NCBI GenBank assembly: GCA_903827975.1
Contig: CAIKKG010000014.1
Coordinates: 1 to 50,832, forward strand
Length of the DNA stretch: 50,832 bases
Origin: an uncultured bacterium
Lineage (GTDB): Bacteria; Patescibacteriota; Minisyncoccia; UBA6257; GWB1-50-10
Direction: 5' to 3'
Below, one piece after another: positions 1-9,200 of this stretch. The notes below the pieces were generated by a model, which was not told the DNA's origin, did not search any database, and worked only from the letters and a program-made list of their open reading frames with translations. The translations under genes were made by a program, and so were the position numbers. The stretch's first letter is position 1. Each line of letters starts with the position of its first letter.

Positions 1-18
1 AATACATAAACGGATAAG

Positions 19-58
19 CGTAAAAATCACGTCGAAATTAGTAGGTTTCGACGCTGAT
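19..58 (-). repeat. 40-nt hairpin-containing dispersed repeat, inverted copy (1 of 3)
   Basis: cgtaaaaatcacgtcgaaattagtaggtttcgacgctgat is the exact reverse complement of the 40-mers at 32708..32747 and 32829..32868. It has an internal 8-bp stem, cgtcgaaa/tttcgacg. Confidence 0.9.
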
Positions 59-132
59 AAATATATAGGAACATTTTCGTGAATGGTCCTTTTTGAAATA
101 ATAAAAATCAAAATGTATAATTATATTAATAG

Positions 133-645
133 ATGTTAAAGCTTATTAGTTCAAAAATTACAAAATTTGAAGCATCGGTTATAATTTCAGGCTTAGTATT
201 TTTTATAGCAGAATTTTTTGGTGATTCTTGGTTTAATCTCATGGCTAATTCTAATTGTTTTAAGTATCTAGGGTGCAATATCGGTTTTTTTGGATATGAT
301 GCAATAGTACATTTTTTCAGTGGAGTATTTGAGGTTCTACTAATTGTTTGGCTTTGCACAAGATTTGGGAGATTTAGTATTCTTCATGCTGGTAATGCAT
401 GGAAAAATGCATTTATTCTTATTTCTGCGGTTGCACTTCTATCGGTTGGGTGGGAGATTTTTGAGTTTTCCGCGGATCAATTTAGGATGAAAATACTAGG
501 ATACAATCTTACAAATCCTAATGTATTGGCACAACCAAGTAATAGTGACACAATGGGTGATTTTACATTCGCACTTTCAGGATTTTTGGCTGGTGCAATG
601 ATAACCAGATTTGTATATCCAAGGTCATTGGAGGAAAAAAGTTAA
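133..645 (+). CDS. hypothetical multi-pass membrane protein
   Basis: 170-aa ORF with several hydrophobic segments. No recognisable catalytic motif. Confidence 0.5.
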   Translation: MLKLISSKITKFEASVIISGLVFFIAEFFGDSWFNLMANSNCFKYLGCNIGFFGYDAIVHFFSGVFEVLLIVWLCTRFGRFSILHAGNAWKNAFILISAVALLSVGWEIFEFSADQFRMKILGYNLTNPNVLAQPSNSDTMGDFTFALSGFLAGAMITRFVYPRSLEEKS

Positions 646-652
646 TATACAT

Positions 653-751
653 ATGAAAAAGCACCCTCATTTTTTCTATCTAATTATCGGAATCATAATA
701 TTGATTGTAGGGTTTCTTGTGTACTTCGACCTGGCTGCAAAAACCATCTAA
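653..751 (+). CDS. possible 32-aa single-TM micro-protein (MKKHPHFFYLIIGIIILIVGFLVYFDLAAKTI)
   Basis: Hand-translated ORF below the track cutoff. It has a hydrophobic core and is followed directly by the hairpin at 759..776. No clear SD. Confidence 0.3.
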   Translation: MKKHPHFFYLIIGIIILIVGFLVYFDLAAKTI

Positions 752-752
752 T

Positions 753-782
753 AAAAAACCGCACGTGTCCGTGCGGTTTGAA
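753..782. terminator. bidirectional intrinsic terminator hairpin
   Basis: Stem ccgcacg / loop tgtc / stem cgtgcgg, flanked by an A-run upstream and a T-run downstream. It sits between convergent ORFs. Confidence 0.6.
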
Positions 783-784
783 AT

Positions 785-1072
785 TTATAAAACAAATCTT
801 ACTTTTAGCCATACAGTGAGTGTTTTTGATTGAGATAAAAATATAGGCGGTGGCCGTTCTTTTTTTGTTTCGCATGTGAATATAACATCACATGTCCTAA
901 GTTTAATGCGTATTCTTGAAAATTGTGGATTTGTTAAGCCATTGTTTGTTAGGGCATCACTATTTGCCACAACCTTTTCAATTTCTATGGCTTTTATGCA
1001 TTCAGCAAATGCAGGTGGGGAATATCCAAGTGACATTAGGGCGGTTAAAAACAATACATATGGCCGTTCCAT
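785..1072 (-). CDS. small secreted hypothetical protein (95 aa)
   Basis: Internal ATG of the 785..1156 ORF, preceded by a strong SD (aaggaggtgtgagATG). Signal-peptide-like N-terminus MERPYVLFLTALMSLGYSPPAFA. Confidence 0.55.
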   Translation of the reverse strand: MERPYVLFLTALMSLGYSPPAFAECIKAIEIEKVVANSDALTNNGLTNPQFSRIRIKLRTCDVIFTCETKKERPPPIFLSQSKTLTVWLKVRFVL

Positions 1073-1152
1073 CTCACACCTCCTTAAAGGTAAGTATTCA
1101 GGTTTAAAATGCTTTATACATTGTAGTTTGATATATAGAATTCGGCAATATA

Positions 1153-2013
1153 TCAAACATTTTGTGGTGTTTTTCCGGCAATTTGTATTTTTTTGAGAAT
1201 TAACTTGCCACCACGCAACTCCGATTCTAGTAATTTTGTGCGTTCTCCATTAAGGATTGTGTATACGCCAGGCTCAGGATTAAGCGCTCGTATTTTCCTA
1301 TCGATTATTATGGATAGCTCGGCGTTTTTGTCTGATACCGCATCGTTCAATGAATTTTCATCAACGAAGCCGTCCTCTGTTATAAATTTTTTGGTAAATG
1401 TAACTTGCGCATCATCTTGATGAGTAAGCTCTATTTTCTCTACGCCAATTCTTGGTATTAAATCCACGAGCATTTCCGCGCCAAGATTCGCAAGAGAGTC
1501 GTGTAAATTCGCATAGGTTATCGAATTCATATCACATTCAAGAGACTCATTTGAAATTATTGGGCCATTATCTACAAATGCATCAACCATAAATAATGAG
1601 ACTCCAGTTTCTTTTTCTCCAAAGAGAATTGAACTTTGGATTGGGGAGGATCCACGAAGTTTTGGTAGTAGAGATGGATGAACGCCCACAGTTCCAAACT
1701 TCGGGATCTCTAAAATAGCTTTAGAGATAATCTTGCCGTAAGCAGCAATTACAAATAAATCAAAATTTCCATCTCTTAATACGCTTTCAATCTCCTTAAC
1801 TTTTTCCGGCTGATAAATTGATATTTGTTCGCGTATGTTTTCGTCCTGGTCAAGTATGCTTTGTTTTGCAGGAGGGGGAGTGACTATTTTTTTTCTTCCA
1901 ACTGGCCTATCTGGATTACACACAACAGCCGCAGGTGGAAGGCCAGCGCTTATTAATTTTTCAAGCACAATAGATGCAAATTCGGGCGTTCCAAAAAATG
2001 CGTATTTTATCAT
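1153..2013 (-). CDS. fmt: methionyl-tRNA formyltransferase
   Basis: FGTPEFA N-terminus and VGVHPSLLPKLRGSSPIQ core. Start trimmed to the ATG at 2013, which abuts the def stop. Canonical def-fmt order. Confidence 0.9.
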   Translation of the reverse strand: MIKYAFFGTPEFASIVLEKLISAGLPPAAVVCNPDRPVGRKKIVTPPPAKQSILDQDENIREQISIYQPEKVKEIESVLRDGNFDLFVIAAYGKIISKAILEIPKFGTVGVHPSLLPKLRGSSPIQSSILFGEKETGVSLFMVDAFVDNGPIISNESLECDMNSITYANLHDSLANLGAEMLVDLIPRIGVEKIELTHQDDAQVTFTKKFITEDGFVDENSLNDAVSDKNAELSIIIDRKIRALNPEPGVYTILNGERTKLLESELRGGKLILKKIQIAGKTPQNV

Positions 2014-2014
2014 T

Positions 2015-2521
2015 TTATTTTTTTGCTCTCGGAGCAACTTTTGTTATGGCTTTTGCTTTATCAATAAAAAGTTTCCCATCTAGATGGTCAACCTCATGCT
2101 GGAATACTCTAGCAAGAAGACCCCATGCTTTTATTTTTATTTTTTTTCCATTTGCGTCATATCCGTCCAATGTTACACGATATGAGCGTGGTGTCTGACC
2201 GTATGATCTAGGAACACTAAGACAGCCTTCTTCTATGTTGGATAATTCGGTGGACATCTTTGTAATTTGTGGATTAAATATCGCATAGAATTCAGGCTTA
2301 CCCTGGGTATTTGGAATTTGTGCGACAAAAAATCTTTCATTGCGCCCAATCTGATTTGCGCTTAATCCTACGCCATCAGCCTTTTTCATTGTTTCGCGCA
2401 TAACGCGTATCAGTTCACGCAACTCCTTTTTTGTGAATTTTGAAAAATCAAAAGGAACGGTTTTCGTTCTTAAAAATGCCTCACCCTCCTTTTTTTCAAT
2501 TGTTACTATTGGTTCTGTCAT
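2015..2521 (-). CDS. def: peptide deformylase
   Basis: The three PDF motifs are present: GLSANQIG, EGCLSVP, HEVDHLDG. Confidence 0.95.
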   Translation of the reverse strand: MTEPIVTIEKKEGEAFLRTKTVPFDFSKFTKKELRELIRVMRETMKKADGVGLSANQIGRNERFFVAQIPNTQGKPEFYAIFNPQITKMSTELSNIEEGCLSVPRSYGQTPRSYRVTLDGYDANGKKIKIKAWGLLARVFQHEVDHLDGKLFIDKAKAITKVAPRAKK

Positions 2522-2772
2522 TCCTTAGAGTGTAAAACCTTCATAAAGTATGCCCCTTTATTTTTTATATTTTTCATACCAGAAATTCTTTTTGCAAGGT
2601 TTAAAAGCTTATCCGAATCGTGTTGTTTTGCCAGTTTTATATATAAAGCCTTGTGTTTCTCATCACATAAAAGCTCCGTAAGTGTTAATCCGACATCCTG
2701 AAACTGGGCATAAACTCTGCTTTTTTTGCCGCGTTCCTTGAGTGTCGACATGTAGTTTTCGCTAAGCGGCAT
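2518..2772 (-). CDS. hypothetical protein (84 aa)
   Basis: ORF overlaps the def start by 4 nt (ATGA coupling). No recognisable motif. Confidence 0.55.
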   Translation of the reverse strand: MPLSENYMSTLKERGKKSRVYAQFQDVGLTLTELLCDEKHKALYIKLAKQHDSDKLLNLAKRISGMKNIKNKGAYFMKVLHSKE

Positions 2773-2801
2773 TAGATTTATTGTATGATATTATAAATGT
2801 A

Positions 2802-3362
2802 ATGAAAAGACGCTTATTTTTAGGTATCTCACTATCCAAGGAGGTAGTCGAAAAGGTAGAAATACAGGCAGATTTGCTAAAGCAGAGATTTATTGAATCT
2901 GTTCGATTTGTGCCAAGTAAGAACTGGCACATGACTCTTATTTTCCTTGGCGATCAGGATGAGGAAAATATACAAAAAATTAGTGATTCTGTTGACTTGG
3001 TGATTTCAGGTTCATCTAATAATGCAATAGCTTTTGACGACATAACATATGGTCCACCAGAACATAAACCAAGGATGATATGGTTGAATGCAACCAAGAC
3101 AACATCAGAGTATCTAGACTCACTTAGGAAGCAGATTGCAAAAGAATTAAAAACAATAGGTATTTTTTGGGATGATGACGGTCGCGCATTTCACGGGCAC
3201 ATAACACTCGCAAGATTTAACGAAGAATCAGATGAAATTAATATGCCGCTGTTAGTGCGTGGTAGTACGGCGTGCAAAGATTATACGGTTGAATTATTTT
3301 CGGTCACTTTAACACCAGCCGGCTCGGAATATAAGTCATTGCACTCAGTTTCAGTAGAATAG
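2802..3362 (+). CDS. thpR: 2H-phosphoesterase / RNA 2',3'-cyclic phosphodiesterase (LigT/ThpR-like)
   Basis: Two HxT/S motifs, HMTLIFLG and HITLARF. The first ATG at 2802 is preferred over the TTG at 2781. Confidence 0.75.
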   Translation: MKRRLFLGISLSKEVVEKVEIQADLLKQRFIESVRFVPSKNWHMTLIFLGDQDEENIQKISDSVDLVISGSSNNAIAFDDITYGPPEHKPRMIWLNATKTTSEYLDSLRKQIAKELKTIGIFWDDDGRAFHGHITLARFNEESDEINMPLLVRGSTACKDYTVELFSVTLTPAGSEYKSLHSVSVE

Positions 3363-3406
3363 TTATTCATTGCGAATATGGTGGAATTTTGGTTAAATTG
3401 AGTTAC

Positions 3407-4624
3407 ATGAATACGAAATATAAAATTGGAATAGCCACAGCACTTCTTATCGTTGCTCTTGGTGGCTCTGCATATGGAGGATATTATTTTGGAAATAAAC
3501 GCTCTGTTGTTGTAACCGACAGCAAACAGCTTATTAATGGTGACTTTAATCTATTTTGGGAAGCGGTTGATATTGTTAAGGGGAAACATGTTGATGGCTC
3601 CGGTAGTGATGAAAATAAATTGGTGTATGGGGCAATCAAGGGAATGCTATCCGCTTATGACGACCCATATACAGCATTTTTCAATCCAGCAGATGCAAAA
3701 AAATTCAACGAAGACCTCAGTGGAAACTTTGGTGGAATTGGCGCCCAGATAGGAATGCGAAATGAACAGCTTTTGGTAATTGCACCACTTAAGGGGACTC
3801 CTGCGGAGAAGGCTGGATTAAGACCATTGGATAAGATTTGGAAGATTGATGATAAGGATACTTCAGGACTTTTAGTTGAAGAGGCAATAAAACTAATCAG
3901 AGGAAAAGAAGGAACCACCGTAAAGCTTTCTATTTATAGAGAGGGTTGGAAAAATTCAAAAGATTTTAGTATTACTCGAGGAATTATTCAGGTGCCGACA
4001 CTTGATTTAAGCATGAAGACACTTAAGTCTGGCAAGAAGGTTGCTGTAATAAGTTTGTATAATTTTAATTCAAATGTCCCAGGAATATTTAAGAATGCTG
4101 CTTTAGAGGCAATCTCTAGTGGTGCGGAAGGAATAGTATTTGATCTTCGTAATAACCCTGGTGGATTTTTGGATGTAGCTACTAATCTGAGTGGGTGGTT
4201 TATGAAAAAGGGAAGTGTTGTTGTAATTGAAAAAAATAGATCCGGAAATGACGAGAAATTATTTGCTGATGGTAATGCAGCGCTATCAAATCTTCCTGTT
4301 GTTGTTGTTGTAAATGGTGGGTCAGCCTCAGCATCAGAAATCGTTGCCGGTGCACTTCATGACAATGTTGGTGCAAAAATTATTGGAGAAAAAACTTTTG
4401 GAAAGGGAAGTGTGCAGGAGGTTGATACTATGTCAGACGGTTCAACACTTAAGGTTACAATAGCGCATTGGTTTACACCTAACGGTACAATAATAAATAA
4501 GGTTGGACTAAAACCAGACATAGAGGTTGCTCTTACTGATGCTGATGTGGAAAAAGGTATTGATACTCAGATGGATAAGGCACTCAAGGTAATTGATTCT
4601 GAGATTCTCGCTAAGAAACAATAA
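3407..4624 (+). CDS. ctpA: carboxy-terminal processing protease (S41 family)
   Basis: N-terminal TM, PDZ-like GIGAQIG region, and NNPGG, GGSASASEIVAGAL, GEKTFGKG motifs. ATG at 3407 lies inside the 3389 ORF. Confidence 0.9.
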   Translation: MNTKYKIGIATALLIVALGGSAYGGYYFGNKRSVVVTDSKQLINGDFNLFWEAVDIVKGKHVDGSGSDENKLVYGAIKGMLSAYDDPYTAFFNPADAKKFNEDLSGNFGGIGAQIGMRNEQLLVIAPLKGTPAEKAGLRPLDKIWKIDDKDTSGLLVEEAIKLIRGKEGTTVKLSIYREGWKNSKDFSITRGIIQVPTLDLSMKTLKSGKKVAVISLYNFNSNVPGIFKNAALEAISSGAEGIVFDLRNNPGGFLDVATNLSGWFMKKGSVVVIEKNRSGNDEKLFADGNAALSNLPVVVVVNGGSASASEIVAGALHDNVGAKIIGEKTFGKGSVQEVDTMSDGSTLKVTIAHWFTPNGTIINKVGLKPDIEVALTDADVEKGIDTQMDKALKVIDSEILAKKQ

Positions 4625-4630
4625 AGAATT

Positions 4631-5074
4631 ATGAAGATTATTTTATTAAAAGATATTAAAGGCTTTGGCAAGAAGGGTGATGTGATGGAGGTGAACGATG
4701 GATACGCACGTAACTCTCTAATTCCCAAGAAGCTTGCAGAGATCGCCACTTCCTCAATTATTGGGGTTGTTAGGAACACAATCGCACTTAAGAAGGGTTC
4801 TCATGATGCGAAGATTGCGCGTTCAAAAGAAATAGCAAAATCAATTGAAAATACCAAGATATCTTTTTTCTTAAAAACCGGAAACAAGGGTGAGCTTTTC
4901 GGTTCAGTCTCTATTAAAGACATTCAGAATGAACTTAAGAAGTTTAACCTGAGTGATGCAGAGGTTGTCCTTGAACATCAGATTAAAACCGTCGGTACTC
5001 ATCCAGTAATTATAGATTTTGGAGACGGAATACATGCAACTATTCAGGTAGACGTTCTAGCAGAAAAAAAATAG
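4631..5074 (+). CDS. rplI: 50S ribosomal protein L9
   Basis: [28 protein letters not shown] is a typical L9 N-terminus. Confidence 0.9.
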   Translation: MKIILLKDIKGFGKKGDVMEVNDGYARNSLIPKKLAEIATSSIIGVVRNTIALKKGSHDAKIARSKEIAKSIENTKISFFLKTGNKGELFGSVSIKDIQNELKKFNLSDAEVVLEHQIKTVGTHPVIIDFGDGIHATIQVDVLAEKK

Positions 5075-5082
5075 TGTAAATA

Positions 5083-5112
5083 AAAACCCCCGCAAAGCGC
5101 GGGGATTTTTTT
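5083..5112. terminator. bidirectional intrinsic terminator between rplI and rpmA
   Basis: Stem ccccgc / gcgggg, flanked by A-run and T-run (aaaaacccccgcaaagcgcgggggattttttt). Confidence 0.7.
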
Positions 5113-5386
5113 AGATTAATACGTTTACTATCTTGATTCTCTTAAATGAGCCATCAAAGTTTTCCTTTTTCTTTGATGCAAATTTGATTACTCCTGCTTT
5201 TTTTGCGTAGAGTGTATCATCTCCTCCTCTTAGAACGTTTGTTCCAGGGTAGAATTTTGTGCCACGCTGGCGAATAATAACACCACCAGCATTTACTTTC
5301 TGACCGTCAAAAAGTTTAACGCCAAGACGTTTTGATTCGGAATCGCGACCTAATTTAGTAGAGCCTTTAGCTTTTGTATGTGCCAT
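5111..5386 (-). CDS. rpmA: 50S ribosomal protein L27
   Basis: [24 protein letters not shown]...[12 protein letters not shown], a typical L27 sequence. Confidence 0.95.
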   Translation of the reverse strand: MAHTKAKGSTKLGRDSESKRLGVKLFDGQKVNAGGVIIRQRGTKFYPGTNVLRGGDDTLYAKKAGVIKFASKKKENFDGSFKRIKIVNVLI

Positions 5387-5408
5387 ATCTTCTTATAAAC
5401 GCCGCCTC

Positions 5409-5633
5409 TTGGCGGTCTTTTCTTATGCAATGTATAATAATGCAAATAGGGCTTTTATGTCAACTCTATATATGAATAAGCTAAACTTACAAACTTACGG
5501 TGTCAGGGTGGCCATATTGGGAGGGGTATTACTGCTGATTTTCGTATTTGGCTTGGCCCTCGGGTATTTGTTGAGGGGTGATATTAGACAGGCTCAGATA
5601 GTTATAGAAAAGTGCTCTGAGGTGGGCAATTGA
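5409..5633 (+). CDS. doubtful small membrane protein
   Basis: One hydrophobic segment (VAILGGVLLLIFVFGLALGYLL). No convincing SD or start codon. Confidence 0.25.
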   Translation: MAVFSYAMYNNANRAFMSTLYMNKLNLQTYGVRVAILGGVLLLIFVFGLALGYLLRGDIRQAQIVIEKCSEVGN

Positions 5634-5671
5634 ATTTTTATTAATTGTTTGTTATTATTTTGCGGTACATT

Positions 5672-5755
5672 GCGCGGGTGGCGAAACTGGCAGACGCACT
5701 ACCTTGAGGTGGTAGCGCCCGTAAGGGCTTGCAGGTTCAACTCCTGTCCCGCGCA
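5672..5755 (+). tRNA. tRNA-Leu (anticodon GAG), class II with long variable arm
   Basis: Hand fold: acceptor GCGCGGG/CCCGCGC; anticodon stem CTACC/GGTAG with loop TTGAGGT; variable-arm hairpin GCCC-GTAA-GGGC; T-loop TTCAACT; discriminator A. No encoded CCA. Confidence 0.9.
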
Positions 5756-5819
5756 CTAATTACAAAATACACTCCTTCTGAGTGTTTTTTGTTATTTACA
5801 TATAATATGGAGTTGAACC
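5738..5819 (+). repeat. 82-bp direct repeat, copy 1 (tRNA-Leu 3' end plus 64 bp of flank)
   Basis: caactcctgtcccgcgcactaattacaaaatacactccttctgagtgttttttgttatttacatataatatggagttgaacc is identical to 5886..5967. It contains a terminator hairpin, acactc/gagtgt plus T-run. Confidence 0.9.
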
Positions 5820-5885
5820 ATTGGCGCCCAGAAAAAAGGAATCTGAATGACTATTTTTCTGGTGCGTTTCGAGTGAAACTAGAGG

Positions 5886-5967
5886 CAACTCCTGTCCCGC
5901 GCACTAATTACAAAATACACTCCTTCTGAGTGTTTTTTGTTATTTACATATAATATGGAGTTGAACC
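5886..5967 (+). repeat. 82-bp direct repeat, copy 2 (orphan tRNA-Leu 3' end plus flank)
   Basis: Exact copy of 5738..5819, 148 bp downstream. No matching tRNA 5' half precedes it. Confidence 0.9.
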
Positions 5968-5983
5968 TAATAAAGAGATATAT

Positions 5984-6010
5984 ATAAAACCCCGCGCTAT
6001 GCGCGGGGAG
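5984..6010 (-). terminator. intrinsic terminator for the 6022..6528 gene
   Basis: Stem ccccgcgc / loop tat / stem gcgcgggg, with a T-run on the minus strand. Confidence 0.6.
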
Positions 6011-6021
6011 ATAAATTAAAT

Positions 6022-6528
6022 TCAGCTTTTTGGAACAACGACTATATGATGGAATTCAGAAAGCCACTCACTTGGATAATCAAGTATAAACATACCAATG
6101 AGTAGATCCCCATCAGCTTTTGCGGAGATTTCAGCAACCCAGAACTGCCCCTTAGATTTGAAAAGAATGAATGTGCCAGCGCCAGACTTACCAAGCCAGG
6201 TTGGATAGAGTTTAGCAACCTCTTTGATCTGATGTTGTGTTAAGCAAAGATCATCAAGTCCTTTTTCAAATTTTTTTGCAATCCATTCGAACATTTCTCT
6301 AAATGTTGCATCTTTTTGAAGCTCAAATGGCACCAAAGAAATCCTTGGTGTTGCCTTTGAGGGCTCATAGAACCTTCTAAATGAAGGGTCTATTTTATCG
6401 AAAATGTATCTTGCAGAAAAAATAGTCTCGGTTCCGGAAGTTGCTTCAATCATTACAGCACTGTAATTAAGTTTAAACATGTCTTTTTTGCGAGAAAACA
6501 CGTTACGAAGAAAATTAATCAGGCCCAT
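6022..6528 (-). CDS. hypothetical protein (168 aa)
   Basis: Clean ORF with its own terminator. No recognisable motif. Confidence 0.6.
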   Translation of the reverse strand: MGLINFLRNVFSRKKDMFKLNYSAVMIEATSGTETIFSARYIFDKIDPSFRRFYEPSKATPRISLVPFELQKDATFREMFEWIAKKFEKGLDDLCLTQHQIKEVAKLYPTWLGKSGAGTFILFKSKGQFWVAEISAKADGDLLIGMFILDYPSEWLSEFHHIVVVPKS

Positions 6529-6660
6529 GGCACCCTCCTTTTGGTTTGACTATAGGCAGGAATTTTTAAAGAACTTACTAGTATTTTTACATAAACTAGG
6601 CATATTCGCCAATCTACCCAATATTTAATATTTCCGTGTTTAGATATATAATGGGTACTG

Positions 6661-7005
6661 ATGATTCCTTATTTATTCAAAAAACACAGGGTATTTTCAG
6701 CGCTAGTTTTAATAACACTTTTGCTTACATTAGTTTCTCTTTTAATTTTAGCCCTCAATTATGGAAGATTAGGTCAATCAATAGTTTTGCACTTTGATCA
6801 GTTCCACGGAGTAGATGTTTTTGGTTCGCGTTCAAGTATTTTGTGGATCTGGTTATTAGGCATTGCAGTTTTGAGTGTTAATTCCGGTTTGATTTATGAG
6901 TTTTATAATCGCGAAAGATTTCTCTCTTACATTTTTCTTGGCGCAAGCGTTCTTTCATCCCTTTTCGTTCTTATTGTGATAAGTGTTATTGTTTCTATAA
7001 ATTAA
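6661..7005 (+). CDS. hypothetical membrane protein (114 aa)
   Basis: Three or four hydrophobic helices. Ends 4 nt upstream of rmuC. Confidence 0.55.
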   Translation: MIPYLFKKHRVFSALVLITLLLTLVSLLILALNYGRLGQSIVLHFDQFHGVDVFGSRSSILWIWLLGIAVLSVNSGLIYEFYNRERFLSYIFLGASVLSSLFVLIVISVIVSIN

Positions 7006-7008
7006 AAC

Positions 7009-8076
7009 ATGAATGAATCACTTTTCTTTTTCATTATAGTTATCGCGGTAATCATTACTGGGTTTTTTATTATTTTCCGCGTTATTAAAAAAAAGATTGA
7101 ACCAAAGGATGCTCAATCGTTCGTGCTTTTACAAAATCAGATTCAGGAATTGAATAGGACGCTCGATTCGAAGATGGGTGAGTCTTCTCGCTTTATGCAA
7201 TTCCAGCATGGAGAGTCGGCGAAGCTTATTAGAGACGTAACTGAGCGCCTTACAAAGTTAGATGAGACAAATCGCCAGGTTGTGAATTTTGCAGACCAAC
7301 TACAGTCGCTTCAGGATATTTTAAAAAATCCAAAACAGCGCGGAGTGCTAGGCGAATATTATTTGGAAACCCTTTTGAAAAATGTACTTCCAACAGGAAG
7401 TTATGAGGTTCAGTATCACATGGGAATGGACGAAAAGACGGGTAAGGAGCTTATTGTTGATGCTGTAGTTTTTGTTAAAGATAAAATTATTCCAATAGAC
7501 TCTAAATTTTCTTTGGAAAATTATAATCGTCTAGCTGAGGAGAGAGATCCAGCTGAGCGCGAACGCCTAGAGAAATTATTTAGAAATGATTTAAAAAACA
7601 GGATAGATGAGACGGCAAAATATGTACGCCCTACAAAAGGGACAATGGATTTTGCTTTTATGTTTATTCCACATGAGGCCATTTATTATGACCTACTTGT
7701 TGCGCAGGTTGGCGCTGTTAAGGTAAATACAAGAGATTTAATAGAATACGCATTTAAAGAAAAACATGTAATCATTGTTTCTCCAACATCATTTTTGGCT
7801 TATCTACAGACTGTTTTGCAGGGCTTAAAAGCATTACAGATAGAGGAGTCTGCCAAGGATATTATTAAGCGCGTAGAGGAATTGGGGCGTCATGTGGCGA
7901 GCTATGAGTCCTACCTGCAGAAATTAGGAAATCATCTTGGTACTTCAGTTAGTACATATAATTTGGCGTATAAAGAATTCGCTAAGATAGACAAGGATGT
8001 TACGAGAGTTACTGGAATTGTTTCGAAAGTCGAACCAATCACATTAGAGAGTCCTACGCACCGTGAGGAGGAGTAG
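7009..8076 (+). CDS. rmuC: DNA recombination protein RmuC
   Basis: N-terminal TM, a long coiled-coil, then an RmuC-type nuclease-like core (IVDAVVF..IPIDSKFSLENY, FAFMFIPHEAIY). Confidence 0.8.
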   Translation: MNESLFFFIIVIAVIITGFFIIFRVIKKKIEPKDAQSFVLLQNQIQELNRTLDSKMGESSRFMQFQHGESAKLIRDVTERLTKLDETNRQVVNFADQLQSLQDILKNPKQRGVLGEYYLETLLKNVLPTGSYEVQYHMGMDEKTGKELIVDAVVFVKDKIIPIDSKFSLENYNRLAEERDPAERERLEKLFRNDLKNRIDETAKYVRPTKGTMDFAFMFIPHEAIYYDLLVAQVGAVKVNTRDLIEYAFKEKHVIIVSPTSFLAYLQTVLQGLKALQIEESAKDIIKRVEELGRHVASYESYLQKLGNHLGTSVSTYNLAYKEFAKIDKDVTRVTGIVSKVEPITLESPTHREEE

Positions 8077-8977
8077 CGAGAAAGTTATTAAGGATTTATT
8101 TGAATTTTATGGCACTCTCGGGCGCCCGTTAACTTTTATTGAGCTTAGTATTAGAACGGTGTCGGATGAAGTTACTTATGACGAGCTCGTTCAGTTTTTA
8201 GAAGTTGGTGTTAGTTCTGGTAAAATCATAACGGAAGATGGTTTTTATTGGAGTAGAGAATTTAAACTTTCTAGTATTGGAAGGCGAGAGCAGGACCTTT
8301 TCCTTGATGAGAAATGGAAAAAACTAGAATCTCTTTCACATTGGTTTAGGCATGTCCCATTTTTTGATTTCGTAATGGCTAATGGCTCTATGGCGTTCGG
8401 AAATGTGAATGCAAATTCTGATTTTGATGTTCTAACTGGCGTACGAAAAGGAAGAATATTTACTGCCCGATATTTTTCAAGCGCTTTATTTTCGATTTTG
8501 CGTGCGAGAAGGTTCGATGATCTTCAGGAGAGTAGCCCTGATAAGTTGTGCTTCAATCACTTTATTACAAGAGATGCATATATGAAGCCGCCATTTAATT
8601 ATTATAGGCGTGAATCATATAGGAATATGGTTCCACTCTGGTGCAGTGATCTATCATGCAAAGAATTCATTGTTAAAAATGGCTGGTCAGGACTTACGGC
8701 GAGCGTTCTTTTGGATTTGCACAGAGTAACAAAGCAGAAAAGTTTATTCGCTATATTTTTCGAAAAAATTCTCGGAGGACGGCTAGGGGATTTTGTAGAG
8801 AAGCGAATCTCAAAGCCAATAGCAATGCGTCGTCTTAATGTATATCTTTCAAATAAAAGCACGGGAAATAGCGAAGAGGAGCGCATAACAATAGGGGATA
8901 ATGAATTAGAGTTTCACTTTTCTTTAAAATATGAAAAAAGTTTTGGGCATCTGGATGCTAATAAAGTACCACAATAA
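8063..8977 (+). CDS. nucleotidyltransferase-domain protein (Pol-beta superfamily)
   Basis: GSMAFGNVNANSDFDVL matches the GS...DxD minimal NTase motif. GTG start overlaps the rmuC end. Confidence 0.55.
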   Translation: MRRSSEKVIKDLFEFYGTLGRPLTFIELSIRTVSDEVTYDELVQFLEVGVSSGKIITEDGFYWSREFKLSSIGRREQDLFLDEKWKKLESLSHWFRHVPFFDFVMANGSMAFGNVNANSDFDVLTGVRKGRIFTARYFSSALFSILRARRFDDLQESSPDKLCFNHFITRDAYMKPPFNYYRRESYRNMVPLWCSDLSCKEFIVKNGWSGLTASVLLDLHRVTKQKSLFAIFFEKILGGRLGDFVEKRISKPIAMRRLNVYLSNKSTGNSEEERITIGDNELEFHFSLKYEKSFGHLDANKVPQ

Positions 8978-9017
8978 TTGCGACTTATTATGCGAATAAT
9001 CTCATCATTGTGACCTC

Positions 9018-9046
9018 TTGCATTTTTTAAAAAACTGTGTTATATT
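9018..9046 (+). promoter_or_regulatory. sigma70-like promoter candidate (TTGCAT-N17-TATATT)
   Basis: Hexamers at 9018..9023 and 9041..9046 with a 17-nt spacer, counted by hand. Confidence 0.35.
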
Positions 9047-9052
9047 TTTGGA

Positions 9053-9162
9053 GTTGAGCAGTGCTGGGTTCTTCGTTTGCAAGTAGGTATTAATTTATTT
9101 GGTTGTTCAGGAAGAATCCTATCTGGTTCCAATCCCGCCGCAAGGCGGGATTGGTTTTTTAT
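9053..9162 (+). ncRNA. candidate small RNA of about 105 nt, unknown family
   Basis: Lies between the promoter-like element and a strong terminator (aatcccgcc-gcaa-ggcgggatt plus T6). Internal 9-bp pairing gggttcttc/gaagaatcc. No ORF. Confidence 0.3.
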
Positions 9163-9200
9163 TACTCGGGTGATATACTAGGAATGAGCTGATTTTATTG

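Noticed and set aside
876-1196. 106-aa plus-strand ORF and full-length 785..1156 minus ORF
   Set aside because: The plus ORF overlaps the fmt 3' end and has no SD. The minus ORF is accepted only from the internal ATG at 1072, which has a strong aaggagg SD.
5729-5929. 66-aa ORF in the track
   Set aside because: It starts inside tRNA-Leu and simply reads through the duplicated tRNA 3' end and terminator copies. It is an artefact of the repeat.
9053-9162. SRP (4.5S) RNA
   Set aside because: The conserved domain IV motif (GGUCC-GGAA-GGAAGCAGC-like symmetric loop with a GNRA tetraloop) is absent. Only a vague caggaagaa resemblance exists.
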